Numbered from the stretch's first letter, positions 1-9,316 are shown. The stretch is DNA of 64,000 bases from Pyrodictiaceae archaeon (GCA_027036135.1 JALVSY010000016.1:96001-160000); one strand, 5' to 3'. Translations and numbers: made by a program. The notes: generated from the sequence alone by a model not told the origin.

Positions 1-902
1 ATGACGATCAGCAAGGCACGGCAACAGTGACGCTGGCCGGCCTCATTAATGCAGCAAAGCTCACGGGAAGGGACCTTAGGAGGTCAAAGATAGTCCTAAT
101 CGGCGCGGGTGCAGCGAACATCGCGCTATATAGGTTGTTAAAGGCTTATGGGGTCCCCCCGAAGAACATAACAGTTCTCGACTCCAAAGGGATACTGCAC
201 CCCGGTAGACCCGATATAGAGAAGCTGAAGAAGGAGCATCCCTGGAAGTACCAGATAGCAATAGAGACCAACGGTGGCTGGAAAGGCCCAGTCGATGGCG
301 GTATACCGGAGGCGCTGGACGGCGCCGAGATCGTCGTGGCCGCGTCGAGGCCAGGCCCTGGCGTGATTAAGAAAGAATGGGTAGCGAAAATGGAGAAGGA
401 CGGAATACTATTCGCCGAGGCAAACCCTGTCCCGGAGATATGGCCCTGGGAAGCCAAGGAGGCAGGCGTCAAGGTGGTTGGCACTGGTCGCAGCGACTTC
501 CCCAACCAAGTTAACAATAGCCTCGCCTTCCCGCCAATATTCCGCGGAGTACTAGACGTAAGAGCTAGGACAATAACCGATGAAATGGCAATAGCTGCTG
601 CAGAGGCATTAGCCAAGTACGCCGAGGAGAAGGGCCTCCACGAGGACTATATACTCCCCACGATGGAGGAGTTTGATGTATTCCCAAGAGTAGCTGCAGC
701 AACGGCCGCTAAGGCTGTCGAGCAGGGTGTGGCGAGGCTCAAGAGAAGCTATGAGGAAGAACTAGAGATAGCTGAGAAAATAATCAAGTCAACTCTCGAG
801 AAGTATGAGACACTATACCGAGCTGGCCTTATCAAGGCGCTCCCAGAGGACATAGAGAGGGCTATAGAGGGCCTAAGGAAGCAGAGAGAATCGGGGCACT
901 AA
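1..902 (+). CDS. mae: NAD(P)-dependent malic enzyme, 5'-truncated by the window edge
   Basis: Frame is open from the window start and reads DDQQGTATVTLAG. GAGAA dinucleotide-binding motif, ANPVPEI and TGRSDFPNQVNN motifs are present. Confidence 0.93.
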   Translation, partial: DDQQGTATVTLAGLINAAKLTGRDLRRSKIVLIGAGAANIALYRLLKAYGVPPKNITVLDSKGILHPGRPDIEKLKKEHPWKYQIAIETNGGWKGPVDGGIPEALDGAEIVVAASRPGPGVIKKEWVAKMEKDGILFAEANPVPEIWPWEAKEAGVKVVGTGRSDFPNQVNNSLAFPPIFRGVLDVRARTITDEMAIAAAEALAKYAEEKGLHEDYILPTMEEFDVFPRVAAATAAKAVEQGVARLKRSYEEELEIAEKIIKSTLEKYETLYRAGLIKALPEDIERAIEGLRKQRESGH

Positions 903-954
903 TTATCTAAAACTTTTCACATTTTACCTGCCCGGAGATCCTCTCGAGGAATGG

Positions 955-2004
955 GTGAACAAGGTATTTGTGCTCAAGCCGCAGTACCCGGACAAGCCCC
1001 CAGCCCGGGTCGATCCCGGGAAAGCAGTAATCAAGAAAGTGGAGCTAAATGAGCTTGTATTAGATAGGAAGCTGATAAGACAGCTAGTATCCCTTCTCTC
1101 CGAGGCCCATTACCGCATGGAGCCCGACTACATACTCACCTTGCTCGAGTCGACGACTCATAGGATATACTCGGTGATGCTAGAGGGCATACCGGTCGCC
1201 GTAGCCGATGTAACTGTGGAGAAACCAGAGTACCCGGAGAAAGCCAGGCTAAGCCTCAAGCTATTATCCATAGTGCTTGGCGAGGAGCCCGGGTTCTGTG
1301 CTGCACGTGTTGTCAGGATAGCTGTTCATCCCTCGTTGCAGCGCAGAGGCCTAGGCTCAAAGCTGCTAAGAGCCATAGAGGAGGACACGCTGAGAGAGGG
1401 CTGCACGGTCGTCACAGCTCTCTATGGTAGACACGATGTTATAGGGTTCTGGCTAAATAACAACTACAAGGTCTACTATATTAGCCCAAGGTTCAACAAG
1501 GTAACAGGTGAGAAGAACATAGCAGTAATCAAGCCACTAACACCAGGAGCAAGCAAGGTCGTGAACCAAGCCATTCGAGGCTTCACGAAGCACCTCCTCC
1601 TAGCCCTTCACAGTATCTACCGAGACGTAGCAGCCGAGAACATCGCTGACATAATAATGTCTACAACTAGTCTCGGGAAAGTACTCGGTATCGAACAAAA
1701 CCTAGAAGAGGTAAGGCACGCCCTACAAGTGCTAGGGACTGACAGGGAGCACCTAGAACAAGTAGCATCAACCATCTACTTAGCCGCTCTCTCCTCGCTA
1801 CCAGGCAGCGCCAAGAGACTCGCAAGAGACGAGCTAGTAGCACTAATAGCGTATATCCTCCAGGGGAAGCCACTAAACGATGTAGCCAATATACTGGGCT
1901 CACCACTACACGCTACACGGGAGAAAATAGCCCAAGCAGCAACAAAGCTGCTCCAATACATAGCCAATGAAGAAGCATCTCCACGCAGCACCGAGCCCCA
2001 CTAG
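955..2004 (+). CDS. Stand-alone TmcA/Nat10-like GNAT acetyltransferase (helicase half absent)
   Basis: AHYRxxP motif and RVVRIAVHPxLQRRGLGSKLL acetyl-CoA motif typical of TmcA/Nat10. TGE motif downstream. No Walker A or DUF1726 N-terminal region. Confidence 0.75.
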   Translation: MNKVFVLKPQYPDKPPARVDPGKAVIKKVELNELVLDRKLIRQLVSLLSEAHYRMEPDYILTLLESTTHRIYSVMLEGIPVAVADVTVEKPEYPEKARLSLKLLSIVLGEEPGFCAARVVRIAVHPSLQRRGLGSKLLRAIEEDTLREGCTVVTALYGRHDVIGFWLNNNYKVYYISPRFNKVTGEKNIAVIKPLTPGASKVVNQAIRGFTKHLLLALHSIYRDVAAENIADIIMSTTSLGKVLGIEQNLEEVRHALQVLGTDREHLEQVASTIYLAALSSLPGSAKRLARDELVALIAYILQGKPLNDVANILGSPLHATREKIAQAATKLLQYIANEEASPRSTEPH

Positions 2005-2202
2005 GCCGTGACGAGAGGGCAAGGTGCAGAGGCCCCTTATTTACCAAAAGCATTGAAAAGGGTCAAGTATTTATTATACTGAAAAACATAAATAATAAAA
2101 TATATAATATTATCCTAAAATAGGCTAAGTATCTTAATAAAAAGCAGCGATTGATAGCATTCAACTATTATACAAGATCGTTATGCTTTTCGTTTTCTAA
2201 GG

Positions 2203-4200
2203 CTAAGGGCTTTTATGCGTCGGCAGGTCGGGCGGGTGCGGCGGTATACCACCACCGCTGCTTGGGTTAAACTCCACCTCGTAAGTCATTATAAAGGGCG
2301 CAATAGGGCTAAACGCACCAGCAGTATTACTATAACCTAGATACTGATCATATCTATATATAACTACATGTACTTGTACACCAGGCGGTACATTGCTTAT
2401 TCTCTCTAGTTTCACGACAGTTGTAGACGCATCTCTGCTCGTATATGCAAAGCTCAGCACCATGCTAACAATGCTTAAGAGCTTCTTCGCTGCCTGGGAC
2501 GCCACAGATACAACGAGCTTTTTAAGAGCCTGCTGAGCAATACCAGTAGCAAGACCTGCTAAGGCCCCCGCGTTAGCTGAATGCATACCAACAACATCTA
2601 TAGTCTCATTGGACACGCTACTACTAGTTATAACTTTATCATAAATCTTTACTAGCGTTATATCAACGTCCGATATCTCGTCAGAGTATTTCGTGTAGAG
2701 TTCATTGTATTTGCTATCCCATGGCCCTAGAGTTGTTCCGTGTAATGTATTTTGTAGTATCACGTCATCGTATAGCGGTGTAAACGCTATTATTGGGACC
2801 ACGCGCCAGAACATATGGAGTTCCCCGTCATAATAATTATAGATATAGACGGGTTCAACGTAGTAATCTATATAGACTCCGTCGCCGTGCCATGTCCGTT
2901 CTATATTCGCCGTTATATAGCTTATTTGATGATCTGCCGCCTTTATTGGGGACATCGATGCACCTCCTAAACCTATAAGGAGTAGACTGTGTTCTTTTCC
3001 TAGTATGATTTCTCCTAGTGCTGTTACGCCGCATTTATAGTAATGATACTTAGCCTGAGCCATAGATACAATTATTGTTGGGTTACCTCTTGCACAGTTA
3101 CTACCGCATTTACCTATTAGTGTTATTAGTGGCATCTCGTGGAGTAGTTCTTTCTTATTTACTGGTGTGATGCTTTTCCACTCTACGTTTTTGCCAGCCA
3201 GTCTTGACCAGAAGGTGCTTAGCTTCATTAGGCCGGGGTTGATGTAGTGGTACCAGTGGGTGATTGCTGCTTCTACTGGTGCTACGCAGGAGGAGGGTAC
3301 GTAGACTGCTGAGCCGAAGACTTTGCGGAAAGTGTTGTAGACTTGCTGCGGGTTTGCCCCGGAGAGGTGGTTGGCGAAGCTTTGCGGCATGTTTGAATAG
3401 TATAGCGAGGTGAGTGCTATGAAGTCGTCGTAGCTGAAGTCGTAGCCGTACTCTGATTGATAGATTATGTAGTTGTCTGGGGTTACTACGTCGTTGCAGG
3501 TTAGGCTGTATGTTGTGGGCTCTATTTTTGCGTTCTTTGGTGGCTTTGGTGTACTCATATTGTAGACTCTATGGACTATGGCGCTATAGACTGGTGTTGC
3601 ATTGACTACGGCGAAGTTGCTTGGAGGCACTATGAGGATGCTTCTGTGAGTATATATGTAGTAGGGATCCCTCATTACCGCGTAGAACGCTTTCTCGGGA
3701 TCGTGTAGGTCTTTTAGGGCTACGTCATAGCTACCTATCACCGCTGTGGCTATGTAGTGGTGCCCCTTGTCGTCATAGAGGTAGAGGGTTATAGTAATAG
3801 TTGAGGCCTCTCTGGTGCCTATCTGCGTCGATGAATATGCCGGAATAGTGCCTCTCCTAGATAGCTCTGCTAGTGCTTTCTTGGAGAACCTGATTATCCG
3901 CTGTGCGGGTAGTGTCACTGATATGCTCTGGGCTCCTCGTGGTATAGTCTTCGTAACTGCAATACCCCAGATTCCTGGTGCTGTTCCTTTTACCCTGACC
4001 CAGCCATAGAGCCCCTTAGCTCCTGGTACAAGCCTATTGATACCCGTGACAACTACTGTGAGGCTGCTATTTTGGTGTATAAACCTCGGTATTATGAGGA
4101 ACGCTGTTGCCGCTACAGTGCTAGCTAATAGTATAGCTACTATTAGAAGAGAGAGGCTCTTCATAAGTGCTGCCCTATTTCCTAGAACCATACCTGGCAC
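2203..4200 (-). CDS. Large orphan secreted or membrane-anchored protein (likely start ATG at 4191)
   Basis: 665-aa ORF with a hydrophobic N-terminal signal/anchor, Y/T/S/N-rich body and Gly/Pro-rich C-terminus. Flanks are AT-rich. Confidence 0.7.
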   Translation of the reverse strand: MPGMVLGNRAALMKSLSLLIVAILLASTVAATAFLIIPRFIHQNSSLTVVVTGINRLVPGAKGLYGWVRVKGTAPGIWGIAVTKTIPRGAQSISVTLPAQRIIRFSKKALAELSRRGTIPAYSSTQIGTREASTITITLYLYDDKGHHYIATAVIGSYDVALKDLHDPEKAFYAVMRDPYYIYTHRSILIVPPSNFAVVNATPVYSAIVHRVYNMSTPKPPKNAKIEPTTYSLTCNDVVTPDNYIIYQSEYGYDFSYDDFIALTSLYYSNMPQSFANHLSGANPQQVYNTFRKVFGSAVYVPSSCVAPVEAAITHWYHYINPGLMKLSTFWSRLAGKNVEWKSITPVNKKELLHEMPLITLIGKCGSNCARGNPTIIVSMAQAKYHYYKCGVTALGEIILGKEHSLLLIGLGGASMSPIKAADHQISYITANIERTWHGDGVYIDYYVEPVYIYNYYDGELHMFWRVVPIIAFTPLYDDVILQNTLHGTTLGPWDSKYNELYTKYSDEISDVDITLVKIYDKVITSSSVSNETIDVVGMHSANAGALAGLATGIAQQALKKLVVSVASQAAKKLLSIVSMVLSFAYTSRDASTTVVKLERISNVPPGVQVHVVIYRYDQYLGYSNTAGAFSPIAPFIMTYEVEFNPSSGGGIPPHPPDLPTHKSP

Positions 4201-4210
4201 CGTTTTAGCG

Positions 4211-4293
4211 TTATATTATAGATAGCACCCGCTAACTATAAGAGCTAAACGTCTATAGAGTAAAAGTTATAGCGGGTGTTATCTATAATATAA
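4211..4293. repeat. 24-bp inverted repeat (23/24 match) with a 35-bp spacer, carrying mirror-image TATA-like boxes
   Basis: TTATATTATAGATAGCACCCGCTA (4211-4234) versus TAGCGGGTGTTATCTATAATATAA (4270-4293). Confidence 0.9.
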
Positions 4294-4305
4294 TGGCTTC
4301 TTTCG

Positions 4306-4869
4306 CTACTCTAGTATGTATTCCTTGGATACTGTGATGCCTTTCGACATTAGCTTTGCTGCGCAACGGGTACAGTATGCTGGTTTCTTGTAGTCTACTT
4401 CTAGGATGCTGTTGCTGAAGCTCATTACGCATAGTGGGTTCGGGCAGTGTTCTAGGCCGAAGGCGTGGCCTAGTTCGTGCATGGATTCCTTGAGCAGTCT
4501 CTCCATGAATAGCTCCTTGTCCGGCTCATAGCCGTAGTACTCTGGTCTCAGCCTCGGCGTGTACACAACCGCTACACCCTCCCCGAGGAGCGCCTCGCCG
4601 AAGACAAAGTTAAGGGCATCAGCATACGCGTCTACCCCCGCAACCACTAGTACAGCGTCTGTGCTCAGGGCTTCTCGTAGAGCAGCTGCAGCGAAGAGTA
4701 TTTGTTCGCTGCGATACTGGCCACGGGCCTCGTTATAGGATCCAGGCGGCGGCTCCATTTCCTTGTCCACGGCCTCTACAGTAGCTCCGGGGTAGACTCT
4801 TGAGAGTAGCCTTGCTAGCTCTAGTACTGTGTTCTTGTCCTCTAGCATCGGGACCAGTACTAGTCTCAA
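4306..4869 (-). CDS. amzA: Archaemetzincin zinc metalloprotease
   Basis: HELGHAFGLEHC zinc motif followed by CVMSFSNS...YCxxC Cys site, plus LNFVFGEA. Confidence 0.93.
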   Translation of the reverse strand: MRLVLVPMLEDKNTVLELARLLSRVYPGATVEAVDKEMEPPPGSYNEARGQYRSEQILFAAAALREALSTDAVLVVAGVDAYADALNFVFGEALLGEGVAVVYTPRLRPEYYGYEPDKELFMERLLKESMHELGHAFGLEHCPNPLCVMSFSNSILEVDYKKPAYCTRCAAKLMSKGITVSKEYILE

Positions 4870-4893
4870 GACTAGGCCGTCACTCCCCCTAGA

Positions 4894-4998
4894 CTATCTC
4901 TGGGCCATGTAGGCTAGGAGGTGGAGCAGGAACGCTAGGAGGAACAAGAGGGAGCCTATCACTATGGCTAGGAGTCTTCCCCGCTTATTACTCGCCAA
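4894..4998 (-). CDS. Putative 34-aa single-pass membrane peptide (not in ORF track)
   Basis: TTG start, MASNKRGRLLAIVIGSLLFLLAFLLHLLAYMAQR*. Basic N-terminus plus a hydrophobic helix, directly upstream of amzA on the same strand. Confidence 0.45.
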   Translation of the reverse strand: MASNKRGRLLAIVIGSLLFLLAFLLHLLAYMAQR

Positions 4999-5108
4999 GG
5001 CTGGGGCGCTCTCCGGGAAAAGTACCAGTTACCTGCATAGCGGATTAAATATCGTTAACCACCAGGCTAGCCCGGGGAATCGGGTAAGGCGTCCTACTGG
5101 GGATATCA

Positions 5109-6578
5109 TTGAAGCCCTACGAGCTACCTGCCTGGAGACTCCGCGAGGAATTAGCCAAGGGAAACATAGGGGTCGATGAATACGTTGGCTCCATCTTTGA
5201 CAGGATTGAGCGCCTCGAGAAAACATTGAACGCATATATTACGCTGCGTAGCCGCGAGGAGCTAGAGACTGATATGAAGGAAGCTATTAGGAGAGGAGGC
5301 AAATTAGCTGGAGTGCTTGTCGCGGTTAAGGACAATATCCATGTTGAGGATCTGCCTGTTACCTGTGGCTCCCAAATGCTGGGCAACTATATAGCACCAT
5401 ATAATGCCACTGTTGTGGAGAGGCTTGCCGCCGAGGGAGCAGTAGTGATTGGGAAGACGAATATGGATGAGTTCGCAATGGGCTCCACGGGGGAGACGAG
5501 TGCCTATGGCGCTACGAGGAATCCCTGGGACACGGATAGGGTCCCCGGTGGTAGTAGTAGTGGTTCTGCAGCAGCCCTGGCAGCTGGTCTCGCGACCCTC
5601 GCTCTCGGCAGCGATACGGGGGGCAGCATACGGCTGCCTGCCTCGTGGACCGGGCTTTATGGGCTTAAGCCAAGCTATGGCCTTGTCTCCCGCTTCGGTC
5701 TCGTAGCATACGCTGATAGCCTCGAACAGATAGGCCCCATGGCACGGGATACTCGGGACCTAGCACTATTACTCGACGTTATAGCCGGCTTCGATCCCCG
5801 CGACGCTACAAGTATCCGTGAGAAGCCGAGAGGACTCCTAGAGGCCGTTGAGAAAGGCTATAGCGAGGAGCTACGCGGCCGCAGAATAGTGCTTGTAAAG
5901 GACTTCCTTAGCCATCCCGGGGTCGATAAGGTTGTTAAGTCGCTGCTAGGGAGAGCCGCCTCCCTGCTTGAGCACCTCGGAGCAGAGGTTGTTGAAGCAG
6001 AGCTTGGGAACAAGGTGGTAGACTATGCTCTTCCAGCTTACTATGTAATAGCCATGGCCGAGGCTAGTAGTAACCTGGCAAGGTACGACGGAGTACGCTA
6101 TGGCCCCAAGGAGCCTCCGAGGCCCTGGGAGAGCTGGAACGAGTACTACTCGAGGATAAGGGCCAAGTACTTCGGCACAGAGGTTAAGATGAGGATAATG
6201 CTTGGTTCTTGGATGCTTAGTGCTGGATACCGAGACCAGTACTATATAAGGGCGCTTAGGCTCCGAAGACTTGTTAGGGATCAGCTGCTAAGCCTGCTCA
6301 AAGAGAGTGATGCATTACTGCTCCCATCTGCTGTTACTCTTCCCCCGAGACTAGGCGAGGTAATAGACGACCCTGAGAAAATGTACGCGCTGGACCTGGC
6401 TAACGTGCTTGCCAACCTAGCCGGTTTACCGGCAATAACGGTTCCGATTAGCCGTGTCGCCGGGATACCCATGGGGGTACAGCTGCTTGGTAATTATCTA
6501 AATGAGCCCGGGCTTTTACAAATAGCTGCTGCATTAGAGAGCACTACAAAGCTAAGAGACCTAGTTGCGGAGCCTTAA
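5109..6578 (+). CDS. gatA: Asp/Glu-tRNA amidotransferase subunit A
   Basis: Amidase signature GKTNMDEFAMGS, PGGSSSGS, GSDTGGSIR, plus AEASSNLARYDGVRYG. Confidence 0.96.
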   Translation: MKPYELPAWRLREELAKGNIGVDEYVGSIFDRIERLEKTLNAYITLRSREELETDMKEAIRRGGKLAGVLVAVKDNIHVEDLPVTCGSQMLGNYIAPYNATVVERLAAEGAVVIGKTNMDEFAMGSTGETSAYGATRNPWDTDRVPGGSSSGSAAALAAGLATLALGSDTGGSIRLPASWTGLYGLKPSYGLVSRFGLVAYADSLEQIGPMARDTRDLALLLDVIAGFDPRDATSIREKPRGLLEAVEKGYSEELRGRRIVLVKDFLSHPGVDKVVKSLLGRAASLLEHLGAEVVEAELGNKVVDYALPAYYVIAMAEASSNLARYDGVRYGPKEPPRPWESWNEYYSRIRAKYFGTEVKMRIMLGSWMLSAGYRDQYYIRALRLRRLVRDQLLSLLKESDALLLPSAVTLPPRLGEVIDDPEKMYALDLANVLANLAGLPAITVPISRVAGIPMGVQLLGNYLNEPGLLQIAAALESTTKLRDLVAEP

Positions 6579-6695
6579 AAATATGCTCGGTAGCCCGCCT
6601 CTCTGCTCTTCTCCTGGCTAAGAGTTGTTGCTCGTTGCTGTACAGCCGAAGTTCTATTAGTTCCTAGGATACTTGAGTAGGAAAATGGTGAGTAT

Positions 6696-7118
6696 ATGGT
6701 ATATATCGATAAAAATGAATTAAGAGAAAATAATTCTAAAGACGTATATCCTACCAAGGACATACTGGGGAGACCAATAAAAGACCTCTCGAATACCGAG
6801 TGGTGGGGCATTCCGAGAAAAGAAATAGAGTGGTATCCTCGCATAGACTATGAGCGATGCATAGGCTGCGGCCTATGTTTCTTCACTTGCAGTGGAAGAG
6901 TAGTATATGACTGGGACTTTGAGAAAATGAGGCCAGTAGTCGCACGCCCCTATAACTGCATGGTGGGGTGCGATACATGCGCCAAGATGTGTCCTAGGGA
7001 TGCGATACTCTTTCCTCCCCTCGGGTATCTGAGAAAGCTACGCGACAAGGCACAAGCCATTGTACAGTCCAGGCAGAGGCTTAGGGAGCTACGCGAAAAG
7101 ATCTGTACGAGTAAATAG
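6696..7118 (+). CDS. 2x[4Fe-4S] ferredoxin-like protein
   Basis: CIGCGLCFFTC and CMVGCDTCAKMCP motifs. Confidence 0.85.
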   Translation: MVYIDKNELRENNSKDVYPTKDILGRPIKDLSNTEWWGIPRKEIEWYPRIDYERCIGCGLCFFTCSGRVVYDWDFEKMRPVVARPYNCMVGCDTCAKMCPRDAILFPPLGYLRKLRDKAQAIVQSRQRLRELREKICTSK

Positions 7119-7158
7119 CTACGCAAGTAAATCGGAACTAGGGCCAAAGGGAACGCTG

Positions 7159-7533
7159 TTAGAGAGGGGCGTCTTCCTCGCTAAGGATTTTTCTCGGCTC
7201 GATAGCGATATAGGCCCATCCATTATTAAGATGGATCGTTGCGGCGCGGAGAGCGAGCCACGTTTCGGGACTAACCTGGGTAACTATGTCGAGGCCGCGG
7301 CGATTTCGGTAAACCTGGGCTCCGAGTCTGAAGAGGTATGAGGCTAGGTCGCGGAGCCCAAGCTTGACTGGGATGCGGATAACTATGAGCTCGTACTCGA
7401 GGCGTAGAATGACTTCTCCATTACTCATATACGTGTACGCCTCTATGTCGTCGAAAAACATTCTCATGGACTCCATTACTTCTGAGATTCGGGGTAGGCC
7501 CCTCTTGTCTCGTGCATCTAGTACTTTGTTCAC
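7159..7533 (-). CDS. Hypothetical protein
   Basis: 124-aa ORF with a GGGTG RBS-like sequence upstream and no recognisable motif. Confidence 0.55.
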   Translation of the reverse strand: MNKVLDARDKRGLPRISEVMESMRMFFDDIEAYTYMSNGEVILRLEYELIVIRIPVKLGLRDLASYLFRLGAQVYRNRRGLDIVTQVSPETWLALRAATIHLNNGWAYIAIEPRKILSEEDAPL

Positions 7534-7690
7534 ATGTGTTCACCCACAGAGGGGAATTAGTGAACCCACTTGGTGGCCTCGTAGAAACACCTTGGTGGGA
7601 GGAACTAGTATATTTGCTTTATGTCCTCTCTAGTACCGTATCTGCCCGCTACATATCTACACGGTTTCCTTCCCTGTAGCAGAGTGAGTG

Positions 7691-8827
7691 CTAATGAAAC
7701 ATCCCCATGGCGGCCATGGCTACGAAGTATATCATGAGAAGTGCTAGCCCAAAGGGCACACCGATCCTCATCCACTCCTTTGATTTTATCTTCAGTCTTG
7801 CCGCCGCTACTATGTTTGGTATGTTGCCTGGTATCATCATTCCACCGGATATGAGGAGACCCATCAGTGCGGAGCGTATCTGGTCTATATGTAGGAATGG
7901 GCCTATCTCCGCTGCTGCCAGCGTGGCGTTATCAACTATCGCTGAGACCATGTTCACCCAGTAGATTATATATGAGGGTATCTTGGAGAAGTACCACTCT
8001 ATTAGTGGAGTGAATCCTGTACCGAGAAGCTCTAGCGCTGCAACGAAGATGTATACGCGTATGGCGCGAAGAGTTATGCCCGCTAGTGTTTCCTCGTACT
8101 CTAGTTCCTCGAATACCGATAGGTCTATATTACTTGCTACCCCTTTGCCTGCGCACAGAGCAGTGTAAAGTGCAACACCTATAACACCCGGTATTACTAG
8201 GTCGCCGAGCTTCTTGAGCAGGAAGTCGAAGCCAGCGTGATATGGTGGTCCAGAGAGCTTGTGGACAACAATGGTTGCTAATGGTTCTCCTACCGGTGTT
8301 AGCGCAGCTCCCATGCCTAGGGCGAATGCCGCGAGTACTGTGACCTCTACCTTCTTGCTCCGTGGGAGAGGGAGCGCAGCCATTATCTCGGAGTAAAGCA
8401 CTGCCGCGACTATTACCGAGATTATGCTGCTTGTTAATCCGAGAAGCGTTACTATAATAAATATGAACCAGGTTAGCCCAAGCTTTGTTAGCAGTTTCCC
8501 TATGCCACGGTAAATAGGTCTATAGTAGTAATAGAAGGCGAGCCCAGCGAGAAACACTACCTGTGTTATCCCGATTGGTATTCCGTGGAGCATTACGGGG
8601 GCTAGCAATGCGTTCTTAGCTAGTTTAGGGACCTCGCTTCCCGGCAATATACCGGCAAGATATATTGATGTAACAGCTATTATACCCATTAGGAGGAAGA
8701 AGGGCTCTAAGTTCTCCTCTACCTTACGGGACACTAATGGTAAGACGAGAACAAGTACCAATATACCAAAGAGAGTAGCAACAACACCAAGTACAGGCTC
8801 ACCAATATTAAGGGTAATCATCTCCAT
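7691..8827 (-). CDS. DUF1646-family polytopic membrane protein, putative cation transporter
   Basis: About 11 TM helices with VEENLExF, GAALTPVGEPL, SAIVDNATLAAAEI and GGMMIPGNIPNI motifs. Confidence 0.85.
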   Translation of the reverse strand: MEMITLNIGEPVLGVVATLFGILVLVLVLPLVSRKVEENLEPFFLLMGIIAVTSIYLAGILPGSEVPKLAKNALLAPVMLHGIPIGITQVVFLAGLAFYYYYRPIYRGIGKLLTKLGLTWFIFIIVTLLGLTSSIISVIVAAVLYSEIMAALPLPRSKKVEVTVLAAFALGMGAALTPVGEPLATIVVHKLSGPPYHAGFDFLLKKLGDLVIPGVIGVALYTALCAGKGVASNIDLSVFEELEYEETLAGITLRAIRVYIFVAALELLGTGFTPLIEWYFSKIPSYIIYWVNMVSAIVDNATLAAAEIGPFLHIDQIRSALMGLLISGGMMIPGNIPNIVAAARLKIKSKEWMRIGVPFGLALLMIYFVAMAAMGMFH

Positions 8828-8832
8828 GGCTT

Positions 8833-8900
8833 CTCCCTTGCCGAAATCGATAAACGCAATGGCAAAGACCGAGTCGCTTCTTCGCGTGGGTCTCTTATCG
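8833..8900 (-). promoter_or_regulatory. Structured 5' leader with mutually exclusive folds, candidate cation riboswitch
   Basis: Fold 1: CGAU/AUUG plus AGAGACC/GGUCUUU with an A/GCC internal loop. Fold 2: UCUUUGCC pairs with GGCAAGGG, overlapping the GGGAG RBS. Confidence 0.35.
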
Positions 8901-9199
8901 GGCCTAGAGTATTAAGAGGTTTAGGCGCTTAATGCAAGCGCTCATGCAGGAAAAGACCAGAGGCGTATCGGAAAAGCTAGGACAAGTCAAAGGCTATATG
9001 GGTTTAACTATTCCTTTGTCTAAACTAGTGCTAGTTACCCGGTATGGGTAGAGATGATTAGTGCTAGTGAAAAAGCAATAAGAGAATAAGCACAAGGACT
9101 AGGTAGAGCAGGCTCATTTTCCCTGCACCTATCTCGTATGCACAATATCGGTAGGGATTTATTAGCTATTTTTGTACTGTAGCCTGGTTACAGTAGGGA

Positions 9200-9257
9200 C
9201 TGAAGAGCTAAGCGTCCTGAACGTTATTGGCTCAATAATGTCCGGGGGTAAGGCTGA
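9200..9257 (+). ncRNA. Possible box C/D sRNA
   Basis: CTGAAGA (C), 10 nt, CTGA (D'), 9-bp hairpin with degenerate C', 12 nt CCGGGGGTAAGG, CTGA (D). Confidence 0.4.
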
Positions 9258-9316
9258 ATAGAGGCTAGATAGTTCAAGAGGTCACCAAGGACTCCGAGCG
9301 GAGGTGCCATGGGGTC

